DNA of 63,573 nucleotides, counting the filler, from Reclinomonas americana ATCC 50394 (Eukaryota), in NCBI GenBank assembly GCA_048213135.1. It is 17 parts of 17 records of this genome, joined end to end, with 100 filler letters (N's around TTAATTAATTAA, not from the genome) between each part and the next. Parts side by side here need not be neighbours in the genome. Positions count along the whole stretch, not along the records: positions 25,148 to 28,303 come from AFZH01019853.1; positions 28,404 to 30,831 come from AFZH01019854.1; positions 30,932 to 32,610 come from AFZH01019856.1; positions 32,711 to 35,462 come from AFZH01019858.1; positions 35,563 to 39,016 come from AFZH01019859.1; 12 more parts are not named here. One strand, given 5' to 3'. A program made the translations under genes and the position numbers. Positions within the stretch are counted from its first letter, which is position 1. Each line of letters begins with the position of its first letter. Under the pieces are notes generated by a model. It was not told the DNA's origin. It did not search any database and saw only the letters and a list, made by a program, of their open reading frames with translations. This document shows positions 26,853 to 38,700 of the stretch, in pieces.

Positions 26853-27755
26853 CTAGCTCCAGCTCGTCCGCGCGATATCGTCGCAAAGTTGGCGCGCGAA
26901 CTGTTTGGCCGGCGCGCTCAATGTGCGCTCCGAGGCTGTGAGCAGGCCGATGCGGCCGCGATTGATCGCCTGTGAGGCAAAGGGACGCCAGACCAGCTCG
27001 CCCAGTTCCAGCTCCTCCAGGAAGCCGAGCCGGGTGAAGAAGGCGATGCCCATGCCCAGGCGGATCGAGCGCTTCAGCATCTGGATCGAGTTTGAGGTCA
27101 GGCGCGGCACGAGCCCGGCGCGGAACGCCGCGAAATCCGGATCGATATCGGCGGAGCGCGGCAGCGGCCCGGCCTGGGCCAGGAACGGGTAGGCCTTGGC
27201 TTCGTCGAAGCTGATGCTGGCCTTGGCGGCGAGCGGATGGTCGAACGGCATGATCACGCCGAGCGGCGCCTTGATCTCGGCCAGAAGCTCGGTGCCCTTG
27301 TCGATCTGGCCGACGAAGGTGAAGCCGATATCGGCGCGTCCATCGATCAGCTGGTCCGGCACCTCCTGAGGCGCCACAGCCAAGACGGTGAAGACGACGG
27401 CGGGGAAGGCCGTCCGGAAACGGTCGATGGCACGGGGCACGAAGTCGATCAGCAGCGAGTCCACTGCCGAAATCGTCACATGCCCCGATCGCGCTTCGCG
27501 CAGATCGTCGATCGCGATGCGAACGCGGTCGAAATCATGGAAGGTCGCCGTGACATGGCGCAGCAACAATTCGCCGGCTGCGGTCAGTTTCATGCCCGAC
27601 GCCTGCCGCTCGAACAGCGGCGTGCCGAACTCGGCTTCGAGCTTGAGGATCTGCCGGTTCAGGGCGCTGGCGGCGACGTTCAGCTGGCTCGCCGCCTTGC
27701 GGACCGAGCCGCGCCGGGCCGTCTCGCGAAAATAGGCGAGGGCAGCCGCATGCAT
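26853..27755 (-). CDS. LysR-family transcriptional regulator
   Basis: YFRETARRGSVRKAASQLNVAASALNRQILKLEAEFGTPLFER. Confidence 0.93.
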   Translation of the reverse strand: MHAAALAYFRETARRGSVRKAASQLNVAASALNRQILKLEAEFGTPLFERQASGMKLTAAGELLLRHVTATFHDFDRVRIAIDDLREARSGHVTISAVDSLLIDFVPRAIDRFRTAFPAVVFTVLAVAPQEVPDQLIDGRADIGFTFVGQIDKGTELLAEIKAPLGVIMPFDHPLAAKASISFDEAKAYPFLAQAGPLPRSADIDPDFAAFRAGLVPRLTSNSIQMLKRSIRLGMGIAFFTRLGFLEELELGELVWRPFASQAINRGRIGLLTASERTLSAPAKQFARQLCDDIARTSWS

Positions 27756-27762
27756 CGCGGAT

Positions 27763-28095
27763 TCAGCCGTGCTTGGCGGGCCAGGCCGCGACGACGGGAT
27801 GATCGACCTGGCGTGTCGTCTTGGCATCGGCGCCACGCGGCGAACCGAGGCCGCTGATCTCCGGGCCGAAATAGGCGCTGTTCACCGCGATCCACCTCGT
27901 CAGCTCGTCCGGAATCCGGTCATCGGCATAGATCGCCGCGACCGGGCAGACGGTTTCGCACAGGCCGCAATCGATGCATTCGTCGGGGTGGATGTAAAGC
28001 GTGCGCCCGCCCTCATAGATGCAGTCGACCGGGCAGGCGTCGAGACAGCCGCGATCCTTCACGTCGATGCAGGCGTCGGTGATGACGTAGGGCAT
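27763..28095 (-). CDS. fdxA: Dicluster (7Fe-type) ferredoxin
   Basis: CIDVKDRGCLDACPVDCIY...HPDECIDCGLCETVCP. Confidence 0.88.
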   Translation of the reverse strand: MPYVITDACIDVKDRGCLDACPVDCIYEGGRTLYIHPDECIDCGLCETVCPVAAIYADDRIPDELTRWIAVNSAYFGPEISGLGSPRGADAKTTRQVDHPVVAAWPAKHG

Positions 28096-28099
28096 GGCG

Positions 28100-28303
28100 T
28101 CAGCGCCCCGTCCAGACCGGCTTGCGCTTCTCGACGAAGGCGCGCACGCCCTCCTGCGAATCCGCGGAGTTCAAGGCTTCGACCAGCGCCGGCAGGCGCA
28201 GGCTCTGCGCCTCGGCGGCGGTCAGATGCGCACTGCGCCGCACGACCTGCTTGGTGGCGCGCAGCGAGAGCGGGGCGCAGGCCAGAATGTCGGCGAGCCA
28301 GCG
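28100..28303 (-). CDS. Enoyl-CoA hydratase/crotonase family, C-terminal part
   Basis: Manual translation RWLADILACAPLSLRATKQ...SADSQEGVRAFVEKRKPVWTGR*. Confidence 0.85.
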   Translation of the reverse strand, partial: RWLADILACAPLSLRATKQVVRRSAHLTAAEAQSLRLPALVEALNSADSQEGVRAFVEKRKPVWTGR

Positions 28304-28403
28304 NNNNNNNNNNNNNNNNNNNNNNNNNNNNNNNNNNNNNNNNNNNNTTAATTAATTAANNNNNNNNNNNNNNNNNNNNNNNNNNNNNNNNNNNNNNNNN
28401 NNN

Positions 28404-28522
28404 GCAATGCCGGCGACCGGCAGAAGGCGGCGGCGCCAGAGCTGGCGTCGATGCGATTGGCGATAGGCTTCTTCGGCCGCGGCGAGCCCGGGATCGGCGC
28501 CGGCGAGATCGAGCGTGGTCAA
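28404..28522 (-). CDS. Probable ABC permease, N-terminal fragment
   Basis: TTG start overlapping the ATPase stop; follows SBP and ATPase; runs into the gap. Confidence 0.5.
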
Positions 28523-29297
28523 TGGCTCCTCCCCAGCGTGTCGCGCAAACCGGCGGCCATGGCGACGAATTGCGGCGTCTCGCGAATGGCGAGGTCTCGG
28601 CCACGTGGCAGATCGACGGTGGTCAAGGAGGCGACGCGGCCGGGGTTCGCCGCGAGCACGAGCACCTGCTCGCCGAGATAGAGCGCTTCGTAGACCGAAT
28701 GGGTGACGAACAGGATCGTGGTGCCCGTCTCCTGCCAGATCCGGCGCAGCTCCTCGTTCAACCGGTCGCGGGTGATCTCGTCGAGCGCGCCGAAAGGCTC
28801 GTCCATCAGGAGCAGCTTCGGCCCGCCCAACAAGGCGCGCGCGATGGAGACACGCTGGCGCATGCCGCCGGACAATTCATGCGGCAGACTGTTCTCCCAG
28901 CCTTCGAGGCCGACGAGCTTGAGCAGTTCGCGCGGCGTCGGCGCATTGGGCGGCAGCGCGCGCTTGCCGCCGACCTCGAGCGGCAATTCGACGTTCTCCA
29001 GCGCCGTCCGCCAAGGCAGCAGCGCAGCGTCCTGGAAGACGAAGCCGAAGCTGCGCGCCTGGCGTGCTTCCTCCGGACGCATGCCGAAAACCGAGACATG
29101 CCCATGCTGGCCGCAATCAGGTCGGCGACCACGCGCAGCAAGGTCGACTTGCCGCAGCCGGAGGGGCCGAGCAGGCTCAAAAAGCCGCCGGAGGCGACGT
29201 CGAAGGAGACGCTGCTCAAGGCGGTGACGGTCCGCCGATCGGTGACGAAGCGGACACTGACATTCTGGCAGGCGACGGCGGATGCTGGCACGGGCAT
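28519..29297 (-). CDS. ABC ATP-binding protein with apparent frameshift near 29100
   Basis: GPSGCGKST in one frame; [24 protein letters not shown] in another. Confidence 0.88.
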
Positions 29298-29337
29298 GAA
29301 CTGGCCTCTGCATTGGACCGTGGATGACCGGGGCGCC

Positions 29338-30339
29338 TCAGCCGATTTTCGCGCGCGCGGCCGCGGTCGCCTTGAGCACGTCGAGCGTGATCACCTCGTC
29401 GAGCTTCGGCGGCGCCTTGGAGAACTGCCCGAGCTGGGCATAGAGATCGATCTGCTCCTGCCAGATCTTCGGATCCATCGTGCCCCAGCCCTCGGTCCTG
29501 GTGTTGCCGGTGAAGGCGTAGTCGAGCATCACATCGATGGCGACGCGCTCGTCCGCCTTGTTGAGATTGGGCATCTCCTTCAGCAGCAGATCGACCGCCG
29601 CGTCGCGGTTGGCATGGGCGTAAGCCCAGCCCTTCGCGGTGGCGCGCATGAATTTGGCGAGCAGGTCGCCCTTTTTCTGCAGCGTATCGACCGTCGCGTA
29701 ATAGGGCAGCGCGTAGAGTTTCACGCCGGCGTCCCAGAGACGAAGGTCGACCCGGTCGGCGCCGAGCGGCTTCATCGCGGTGGTATTGGTCAGCCAGCCG
29801 GTGACGACGTCGACCTGCCCCGTCAGCAGCGGGGTCATGTCGGCCCCGATGGGGATAATGGTGACATCCTTGTCGGCAATGTTGTTCTTCGCGAGCAGCG
29901 CGCGCAGCAGAATGACGCCAGTCGACTGGATGCCGACCTTCTTGCCGACAAAATCGGCCGGCTTGGCGACCGGGTTCTTCTTCAGCGAGAAGAAGGCGTA
30001 AGGGTGAATCTGCGCGCCCGTGGCGAAACAGCGGATCGGCAGCCCCTGCGATGCCGCCAGCATCAGCGACGGGCTCGACGAGACCTGCCCTGACTCGTAG
30101 CGGCCGGAAGCGACGACGGCGACGCCGTCGATGCTCGGCCCGCCGGGCTGGATCTTCATCTCGATGCCTTCGGCGTCATAGTAGCCGAGCTGCTTGGCGC
30201 AGATCTCGCCGACCTGGTTGCCGCCTGCGATCCAGCCGAGCTGGAGATTGACGACCGGCTTGCCCTGCGCGCCCGCCTCGAATGAGAGGAAAGCGCCCGC
30301 GCCGGCCATTCCCTGCAAGACACTCCGCCGATTGATCAT
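29338..30339 (-). CDS. NMT1/THI5-like ABC substrate-binding protein
   Basis: Tat signal NRRSVL; LQLGW...[17 protein letters not shown]. Confidence 0.88.
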   Translation of the reverse strand: MINRRSVLQGMAGAGAFLSFEAGAQGKPVVNLQLGWIAGGNQVGEICAKQLGYYDAEGIEMKIQPGGPSIDGVAVVASGRYESGQVSSSPSLMLAASQGLPIRCFATGAQIHPYAFFSLKKNPVAKPADFVGKKVGIQSTGVILLRALLAKNNIADKDVTIIPIGADMTPLLTGQVDVVTGWLTNTTAMKPLGADRVDLRLWDAGVKLYALPYYATVDTLQKKGDLLAKFMRATAKGWAYAHANRDAAVDLLLKEMPNLNKADERVAIDVMLDYAFTGNTRTEGWGTMDPKIWQEQIDLYAQLGQFSKAPPKLDEVITLDVLKATAAARAKIG

Positions 30340-30537
30340 CGTCTTGTCCCTCTGAATGCCGCGATCGTTGTCGCCACGGTTAAGACCGAGCTAATCACAG
30401 CAGGTGTGCTCCAAGAAGCACAAAGAATCGCCTGGGGTGCCCTCAAAACGGCAACGCCCAATGCGGCGTTGACAGCCTCCGCAGGTGATGCAGTCTCGGG
30501 AAAGGCGCCTCTGCCGCGCCCTCCGCGTGAGCCCACC

Positions 30538-30831
30538 ATGGCCCTTGTCCTGTCCCATGCCGTGATCGTGACGGTCGATGCCCGTGATCGCGTGTTGCGT
30601 GATCACGACCTGCGGATCGACGGAACGACGATTTCAGCGATTGGTCCGGGCGGCAGCCTGGCCCGGCCCGGCGACAGGGTGATCGACTGCGCGAACGGGC
30701 TCGTCATGCCCGGATTCGTCAACACCCACACCCATGCGACGCTTGGCCTGTTTCGCGGCCTTGCCGACGACAAGACGCGCGCCTTCTGGCCGGAAGGCGG
30801 CTACCGCGTGCCGGGGCAGGAACGCTTCGGC
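30538..30831 (+). CDS. Amidohydrolase (MtaD/SsnA-like deaminase), N-terminal part
   Basis: VMPGFVNTHTH...FRGLADD metal-binding motif. Confidence 0.88.
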
Positions 30832-31057
30832 NNNNNNNNNNNNNNNNNNNNNNNNNNNNNNNNNNNNNNNNNNNNTTAATTAATTAANNNNNNNNNNNNN
30901 NNNNNNNNNNNNNNNNNNNNNNNNNNNNNNNGTGCGCGGCGGAAAGCTGCTCGTGCCGCCCGAAGCTTGGACGAGCGAGCTGCCGTCTCCCGCAGGAAGC
31001 AGCGGAGCGCGGCCTGAACAGGCCGGGCGTGCATGCGGCCTTTCCAACCGATGAGCG

Positions 31058-31648
31058 TCAAATATCGCCGTAGTCGCCGGCGCTGATCATGCTCTTGAAG
31101 CGCAGGACGGCATGCGGGCTTTTCTCCGAATAGCCGACGACGTCGCAGCCCTTCCTGATCGGACCCGCGCCGCGGAGCGTGATCGTCGCATTGTCGCGCG
31201 AATAGCCGCCGGTCACGGGATAGGGAGCCGGCGGGCAGCCCTTCTTGAACGCGAACGCAGTCCCTTCGATCCTGCCGCCCTCGGTAAATGTCAGGCCACG
31301 GAACAGGACGGTCCCGGAGCGCACGACATCGCGGACCGCAGGCTTGGGCTCGTCATAGGCGATCACGCCGTCATGGGGATAGACGCGCATGACGCTGCGG
31401 TTGTGATCGAACGCCGTGCCGTCATGCATGGCGTGATGGTCGATGACCTCGCCCTGGAGTGATGCAGCCGCTTGCACGACGCTCTGCGGTTTCGGCCCTC
31501 CGCGGCCCTGATCCCGGCCATGGGGATCGCCGCCGGCCACGGGGGCTGCGCGCGCCGCCGTGAAGAAGAAGATGCTCAATGCGAACAGGAAGAAAATGCT
31601 GACATATCGGATCAAGATAGGCCCCCAGCCAATCCAAGCTGGTCCCAT
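31058..31648 (-). CDS. Exported hypothetical protein (start uncertain)
   Basis: Hydrophobic signal region; HNRSVM...GTVLFRG...GTAFAFKKGC with two Cys. Confidence 0.6.
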   Translation of the reverse strand: MGPAWIGWGPILIRYVSIFFLFALSIFFFTAARAAPVAGGDPHGRDQGRGGPKPQSVVQAAASLQGEVIDHHAMHDGTAFDHNRSVMRVYPHDGVIAYDEPKPAVRDVVRSGTVLFRGLTFTEGGRIEGTAFAFKKGCPPAPYPVTGGYSRDNATITLRGAGPIRKGCDVVGYSEKSPHAVLRFKSMISAGDYGDI

Positions 31649-31828
31649 CCTAGGAATGATCTCTCAAATCCGACCCAATCCGATCCGTAAAATTGTGCCG
31701 ATTGCGGCTGTTTTGCGGCCAGAATCGGGCAAGCCGCACCGTTCCCGACCGTCGCTTACGCGCCAGGCGGCGCTGTCTGGCGCGCCGGCGCCGGTGAGGC
31801 CTTCCAGATGGGCGGCGCCGAGCCTTCG

Positions 31829-32610
31829 CTACTTGCCCTGCGGCGTCAGCGCGACGGCTGCCTCGGAGGTCAGCATCCGGAAGGTGAAGCTTTCCTGCAG
31901 ATAGAGCTCGACCGTCGTCGCGCTGTGGCTGAGATAGCCGATCGAGATGTCCTGGCCGATGTCGAGCTCGAAATCGCCGCCGCGGGTGGTGAGCACGAAG
32001 CCGCCCTCGATGGCCGGTGCCCAGATCACCCCGCCATCGACGATGCGCTCGATGTGGTGGAAGATCGGATAGCCCTCCTCATTGCCGCCGCTCGCCGCCA
32101 GATAGGCGTCGCCGCCCAGCACCAGCGCATAGGGGCCGTTGCAGCCGGCGAGCCTGAGATCGTTCAGCGCCTTGGCGATCGCCTCCGGATAATCGTCGAG
32201 ATTCTCTGGCAGCGGCACCGCGGCGTTGCTGCTGCCGGCCCGGACGCCACCGATCCCGGCCGCCGCATAGCCCTCGAAGATCGCGCGGTCCTCGGCGAAG
32301 GCGAGCGTTTTGGCGGCATCCTTCAGCGGCTGCCAGTCGGAATCGTCTGAGCCGCGCTCGACATCGTCGATCGCCTGCCGCGTCAGCGTGAAGGGAACGC
32401 GCAGTTCGACCAGGGGCTGCACCTCGCGCAGCAGGGAGCGGACGCCATCGGCCGGTGCCGTGATCGGGCGCGTATGGCCGGTGCCGACAGCGGCGTAGCC
32501 CACTCCCTTCGGCCCGTCGACATCGACGACCCGGCGCGCCGCCAAATAGCGCTTCAGGGTACGCGACGCCTCGTCCTCGATCTGCGCCCAGGCGGCGTCG
32601 GAGATCGGAG
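31829..32610 (-). CDS. Family 1 encapsulin shell protein (Linocin M18), 5'-truncated
   Basis: PISDAAWAQIEDEASRTLKRYLAARRVVDVDGP...ELRVPF...AFAEDRAIFEG...GGDFELDIGQDISIGYLSH...LYLQESFTF. Confidence 0.93.
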
Positions 32611-32710
32611 NNNNNNNNNNNNNNNNNNNNNNNNNNNNNNNNNNNNNNNNNNNNTTAATTAATTAANNNNNNNNNNNNNNNNNNNNNNNNNNNNNNNNNN
32701 NNNNNNNNNN

Positions 32711-33114
32711 ACCGCCAGATGGTAGTGTAGATCCTGCCCGCGCCGGTTCGCCCGGGCCCTCTGGCTGCGCCGCAGGTATTCGGCGAGGGCATCGTCCTCG
32801 TCCATAAAGTCGGCGAAGCCGGACGCGTCGGCGTAAGGGTTGCCTTGATCCGACGAGGCGAAGTCCCGGTAGTAATGGTGCTGCGGCCGCTCGGCGCCGG
32901 AGGCATCGATCTCGCCGGCATCGAAGCGCTTGCGCTTGTCGGCATCGCTGAGCAGGTCGTAGGCGCCGGCTACCTCCTTGAACTTCTCCTCCGCCGCCTT
33001 GTCGCCGGGATTGAGGTCGGGATGCAGCTTCTTCGCCAGCTTGCGATAGGCGCTCTGGATCTCGGCGGCGGAGGCCGCCGCGGCTACGCCGAGAACCTCG
33101 TAAGGACTTCTCAC
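32711..33114 (-). CDS. DnaJ/CbpA-like J-domain protein, N-terminal part
   Basis: PYEVLGV...[16 protein letters not shown]...KFKEV..AYDLLSD; GTG start after GGAG. Confidence 0.9.
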
Positions 33115-33296
33115 GGGCCACTCCGAAAACATGTCGTCGATCGCGCCTGGCGCGGAAGGCAATTCGTGCACGGACAGGCGCCCGAGCGCAAACCCCCATG
33201 GGCGCGGCGCATCGACCTCGGCCGCGACGGCGCCCAGATCCGGGGGGTAGGGAGGTCGGCGGCGAAGGCGCTCAGCCCAGGACGCAGCTGCCCGTC

Positions 33297-34700
33297 TCAG
33301 GCGTACTGGCTGATGTCGCGCTTGAGATAGGTGCCATGGCCCATGCGGGTTTCGATCCGGCCGTCACGCGCGACAATCTGCCCGCGCACCAGGGTCGTCA
33401 CCGGCCAGCCGGTGATCCTCATGCCTTCATAGGGCGTGTAGTCGGAGCCGTCCTTCACCATCGCATGGGTCAGCGTCTGCTCGATCTGTGGGTCCCAGAT
33501 CGCGATGTCGGCGTCGGCTCCGACCGCTATCGTGCCCTTGCGCGGAGCGAGCCCGTACATCTTGGCATGGTTGGTCGCGGTCAGCGCGACGAAGCGGTTG
33601 ATGTCGATCCGGCCCTTGATCACCCCTTCCGAGAACAGGATCGGCAGGCGCGCCCCGACGCCCGGAATGCCGTTGGGCACCCAGCGGAAGCTGGTCCGGC
33701 CCTTCGGCACGAGCTTGCCCTGCGGGTCGTCATAGCGGAACGGGCAATGATCCGACGAGAAGACCGAGAACACGCCCTGCTGCAGGCCTTCCCAGCAGGC
33801 CAGCTGGCTGGCGGCGTCGCGCGGCGGGGGCGAGCAGACATATTTGGCGCCCTCCATGTTGAGGCCGTCGAGATCATCAGCGGTCAGCGTCAGATATTGC
33901 GGGCAGGTCTCGGCGAAGATCTTGAGGCCCTTCTGCTGGGCGCGCCTGATCTCCTCCATGGCCTCGCGATTGGAGACGTGCACCACCATCAACGGCACAT
34001 CCGACAATTCGGCCAGTGAGATCGCCCGATAGGTCGCCTCCCGCTCGGCGATGATCGGGCGCGAGGTGGCATGGAAGCGCGGCGCCGTGCTGCCGGCGCG
34101 TTCGAGCTGGTCGGTCAGATAGCGGATGACGTCGTAGTTCTCGGCGTGGACCATCACGAGCGCACGCGTATCGCGCGCCACCGCCATCACCTCGAGCATC
34201 TGGAAGTCGCTCAGTGCCAGGCCCTCATAGGTCATGAAGACCTTGAAGGAGGTGTAGCCGTCGCGCACGAGCGCGGGCAGCTCCTGGCCCAGCACGCTCT
34301 CGGTCGGCTCTGAAATGATCAGGTGGAAGGCGACATCCGTGTAGCAGGCGCCCTCGGCCTTGGCGTGATAGGCCTTGACGCTCTCGCGCAGGGGAACGCC
34401 GCTCTCCTGCGTGCAGAAGGGCAGGATGGTGGTGTTGCCGCCGAGCGCCGCCGAGCGGGTCGCGCTCTCGAAATCGTCGGCCATGACGATACCCTCGCCG
34501 GAGGGCTGCGAGACGTGGACATGGCTGTCGATCCCGCCGGGCAGCACCCATTTGCCGGCGGCATCGATGACATTGGCGGCGCTGCCGAGCTGCTCGCCGA
34601 GGGCGACGATGCGGCCGTCCCTGATGCCGATGTCGCAATGGAAGGTGTCCGACGCGGTCGAAATGCGCCCGCCGCTGATGATCGTGTCGAACTGGGTCAT
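33297..34700 (-). CDS. hydA: Dihydropyrimidinase/D-hydantoinase
   Basis: [42 protein letters not shown]. Confidence 0.93.
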   Translation of the reverse strand: MTQFDTIISGGRISTASDTFHCDIGIRDGRIVALGEQLGSAANVIDAAGKWVLPGGIDSHVHVSQPSGEGIVMADDFESATRSAALGGNTTILPFCTQESGVPLRESVKAYHAKAEGACYTDVAFHLIISEPTESVLGQELPALVRDGYTSFKVFMTYEGLALSDFQMLEVMAVARDTRALVMVHAENYDVIRYLTDQLERAGSTAPRFHATSRPIIAEREATYRAISLAELSDVPLMVVHVSNREAMEEIRRAQQKGLKIFAETCPQYLTLTADDLDGLNMEGAKYVCSPPPRDAASQLACWEGLQQGVFSVFSSDHCPFRYDDPQGKLVPKGRTSFRWVPNGIPGVGARLPILFSEGVIKGRIDINRFVALTATNHAKMYGLAPRKGTIAVGADADIAIWDPQIEQTLTHAMVKDGSDYTPYEGMRITGWPVTTLVRGQIVARDGRIETRMGHGTYLKRDISQYA

Positions 34701-35401
34701 GCCGACCGGCTCCGTCTGCGGCTCTTTTTCTGGGAGGGGCCGAACCGGCCGCTGGTGGCGAGCGCCTGGGCCATCGCCTCGCCGGTCAGGCGGTTGTGCT
34801 CTTCCAGGCGTTCGGCGAGATCGAGCCGGGTCCGGGCGCGCAGGGCGACCATGATGCCCTCATGTTCGGCATAGGAAGCGGTCAGCCGCTCGGAGAGCTC
34901 GTTGATGGTGAAGCGGTAACGCCAGATCTTCTGCTGCACCGCCTCGTAGTTCTGCACGAGCACCGGGTTTCGCGTCGCCTGGGCCAGGCGCTGGTGGAAG
35001 GCGTAGTTGAGGCGGGTATAGGCGGCATGGTCCTGCCGGATCAGGGCCTCGCCGAGATCCCGGTGCAGCCCTTCGAGCTCGGCGATGTCCGCATTGCTGG
35101 CGCGAGCCGGAACGAGCAGGCCGATCAGGCGCTCCAGCGCGCCCTTGAACTCGACAAGAGGCCCGATCTCGGTCGGATCGATCGGCGCGACAACCGCGCC
35201 CCGATTCGGACGCAGGATCACGAAGCCCTCGGCGGCCATGACCTTGAGCGCCTCGCGCAACGGAGTCCGGGACACGCCGAACCGCTCGCTGAGCGCGACT
35301 TCGGGGATACGGCTGCCTTCCGGAAGCTCGCCGTTGAGGAAGATCGCCCGCAACCGCACGATCAGGCGGTTGTGCAAGGTCGGAGGCGCCATGGTCGGCA
35401 C
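34697..35401 (-). CDS. GntR-family regulator (FCD)
   Basis: GSRIPEVALSERFGVSRTPLREAL...PNRGAVV. Confidence 0.92.
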   Translation of the reverse strand: MPTMAPPTLHNRLIVRLRAIFLNGELPEGSRIPEVALSERFGVSRTPLREALKVMAAEGFVILRPNRGAVVAPIDPTEIGPLVEFKGALERLIGLLVPARASNADIAELEGLHRDLGEALIRQDHAAYTRLNYAFHQRLAQATRNPVLVQNYEAVQQKIWRYRFTINELSERLTASYAEHEGIMVALRARTRLDLAERLEEHNRLTGEAMAQALATSGRFGPSQKKSRRRSRSA

Positions 35402-35725
35402 CTCGTCGTCCTCCGGAAAATGCCGAGAATGCCTGCACGGCCTGCCTCACGCGGACGCGGACNNNNNNNNNNNNNNNNNNNNNNNNNNNNNNNNNNNNNN
35501 NNNNNNTTAATTAATTAANNNNNNNNNNNNNNNNNNNNNNNNNNNNNNNNNNNNNNNNNNNNCCTGATCTCGTTGAGAGAGAGAGAGAGAGAGAGTTCTC
35601 TTCTCGTTCTTCCGAGGTGTTGCTTGTCAGCCAATCGGGGTTCTCTTGGTCTTGCATCGCTTGTTTACCTGCTTTTTCCTTTGTCGTGCCGTCATCCTCA
35701 CTTTCCCCACTCCTCCCCCTTGCAG

Positions 35726-38700
35726 ATGCCATTCACGATTTGCATCGCGCGCTCCGTCGCGACGACCCAATGCAGCGCAAGACATTTCTGCATCTGGCGG
35801 CACTGCGAGTGGTGGAGGACGATCTGGTGCCGCTGTTCATCCAGCACGCGGATCAGCCGTCCATGGTGTACAATGTTGGTGAGTTGCACGAGCGAACAAG
35901 GAAAGGACTGCAACAGAGCAAGTCAGGCTGCCAGAATCGGAGAAGAGAAAGAGAAAAAGACAAAGAGAGTGAGAGACACGCTGACACAGCGACAGACAGA
36001 CACAGCCACAGAGGTACAGACGCAGACGCTGACACAGACACAGATCCAGACACAGACACAGACACAGGTACAGGCACAGGCACAGGCACAGGCACTGGCA
36101 CAGGCACAGGCACAGACACAGACATTGACACACAGACACAGACACAGACACAGACAAAGACAGACACAGACACAGACACAGACACAGGCACAGGCACAGA
36201 CACAGACACAGACAACGCAGATACAGATACAGACACAGACAGACACAGACACAGACACAGACACAGACACGGACACAGACGCAAACGCAGATACAGACAC
36301 AGACGCAAACGCAGATACAGACACAGACACAGACACAGACACAGACACAGGTACAGACACAGACAGACACAGATGCCGGCAAAGACACAGACATAGACAC
36401 AGACAAAGACACAGACACAGACACAGCGACCGACACAGACACAGATGCCGGCAAAGACACAGACACAGACACAGACACAAACACAGACATAGAGAGCCCG
36501 GTCTTGAAAGCCAGAGAGACAGAGGCGAACAAGTTGCCTGTTTGTTGTGCCGAAAGAACGCTTGAGAATTTGTGTTCCGTGAGCCAAACTTGCCATTGAG
36601 AGTCGAATAGATTGACAAAATATGACTGCATGTGATGCCATTCTGCGTCCCCACTCATTTCTCGCACATGGCATACTTGGCTTCTTCTTTCCCTCTCTCT
36701 CTCTCTCTCTTTGCGCCGATCACATCGTCTGTCTCCTCCTGTCTGTTCTCTTTCTCCCGTCCGTCCATATCTTCTACTCATTTTCTCCCTGCTCACCCTC
36801 ACCACTTCTCTCAGTCCCTTCCCTTCGCCCTTTCCCTCATATCCCGTCCCCTCATATACTTCCCCTCACATCCCTTCCCCTCACACCCCTTCTCCTCATA
36901 TCCCTTCCCCTCACACCCCTTCCCTTCATATCCCTTCCCCTTTGTCCCTTCCCCTCACATCCCTTCCCCTCATACCCCTTCCCCTTTCTCACACCCCTTC
37001 CCCTCCCTCTGCAGCCAAACTCCTCGTGGTCCTCACGATGGCCCCACCCGCCGAGTGCACCAACAAGCGCGAACAATGGGCCGTCATGCGCACCTTTCGC
37101 AAATCCATCCTCGACGCCGACATGCTGGCCGCCATTATGATCTCCCTCGTGCAGCCGTTCAACACGCTGCAAATGTTTGCATTTTCCCCCTCCTCTCCTC
37201 TCACTCTTGCCATCTCTCTTACACACTCACCGCACCCAGTGTGGCCGACGAGGACGACCCCGACGAAGACATTCTCGGCTCGGAAGACATTCGGTACCTG
37301 GAGCTGGTGGTCACGCTCTTTGTCAACCTGCTGCGCATCCCGCCCCTCGACGAGACCTCGACGCGCGACGACATTGTGGATTGCTTTGTGCGTGAGCACG
37401 TGCTCGACGCCATCACCCTGCTGTGCGAGCACGCCGAGACACTGCGCAAGACGCGCACGCTCAACTTTCTCATGCTGGAAATGGTGGCACTGCTGCTGTG
37501 GGACGAGGATCCGGCGGCCGTCGTCGAGGCCGGTCTCACCAAGGCGCCCGCCAATGTTGCGGCGCGCGCACACCCTTCTCTCGAATTATTGTGTCTCACT
37601 GTTCATCACCGTCAGTCGGCCGACCCCTTCCTGAAAAAGAACCTGGCGGCGGCGGTGGCGGCGGAGCAGCAGCAGCGGCGCGCCTTCCAGCGCTCGCTGT
37701 CGGTGCGGCACTCGCGTTTCGGCGGTGTCGTGCAGCGCCAGATGGCCGAGTCGGAGCACAAGTATGTGGCACCGGTGACGCACATCACCAGCGGTGGCAC
37801 GACGCGTCTCGCAGTGCTGGAGACGCGGGCGGGCAAACCGAAGCCGTTCCGGTCGCGACAGCTGCCGCCGTCCGAGCAGCGGTTTGGTGGGTGGCGAATG
37901 TTGGGAGAGGTGGTGGGGGAAGAGATTAGGAGAGGGGGCAGTTGAGAAACGAAGAGCCGAGAGAGAGAGAGAAAGAGGAAGAAGAGGATTTGAGTTTAGT
38001 TTTGTAATGGTTTTGCTTGCCCATGTGACGAACGAGAAGAGTGTGGTCGCCATCATTCTCTTATCTCTTCTCATCTCTTCTTTTCCCATCTCTTCTCTTT
38101 GCTCACCTCTTCCTACATCATTTCTTCCCCGTTCTCTATTCTTCTCTTCTCCTGCTCCCTCTGCCTTCCCCACTCTCTTCCCTGTCTCTACGTCTTCCAA
38201 TTTCTCGTATTTCCGCCTCTCTTCCCTTTCCCACCCGTTTCCCTTACTTTTCTTCTCATCTGTCATTTCGTCTAATCTCTTCTCTTCTCTCCTATCTTCT
38301 CTTGTCTTCTCTCCTCTTGTGTTGTCTTCTCTCTTGTGCTATCTTCATTCCGTCGTCTTCAATTCGTTATCTTCTTTCCCTTGCATTCTCTTCTCTTCTC
38401 GCTCCTCTGTTCTCTTCTCGTCTCTGTCTAATCTCTTCTTCTCTTCTCTTTCTTTTCTTCTCTTCATCTCTCCTCTTCTCTTCTCTTGTCTTCACTTCTC
38501 TTCTCTTCGTCTCTTTTCTTCTCTGCTCCTCTGCTCTCTTGTTCTCTTCACTTGTCTCCTCTTCTCTACTCTCCTCATTACTTCTTCTCTTCTTCTCGTC
38601 TCTTCTCTCCTCTTGCCTTTGTTACTGTCGCATTCTCTTTTTTCTTCTCTGTTCTCCTCTTCTCTTCTATTCTCGTTTTTCTCCTCTTCGCTTCTTTCCT

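Noticed and set aside
25535..29297. Pseudogenes or programmed frameshifts in the FAH and ABC ATPase genes
   Set aside because: Single indels in otherwise intact genes, in contigs that show homopolymer overcalls nearby
35463..35562. Bacterium-to-eukaryote horizontal transfer
   Set aside because: The junction is an assembly spacer; bacterial genes have no introns or eukaryotic flanks
35573..36805. Long ORFs with QT/TD/HR/CV/SV dipeptide repeats
   Set aside because: Stop-free readings of an intronic ACACAG satellite
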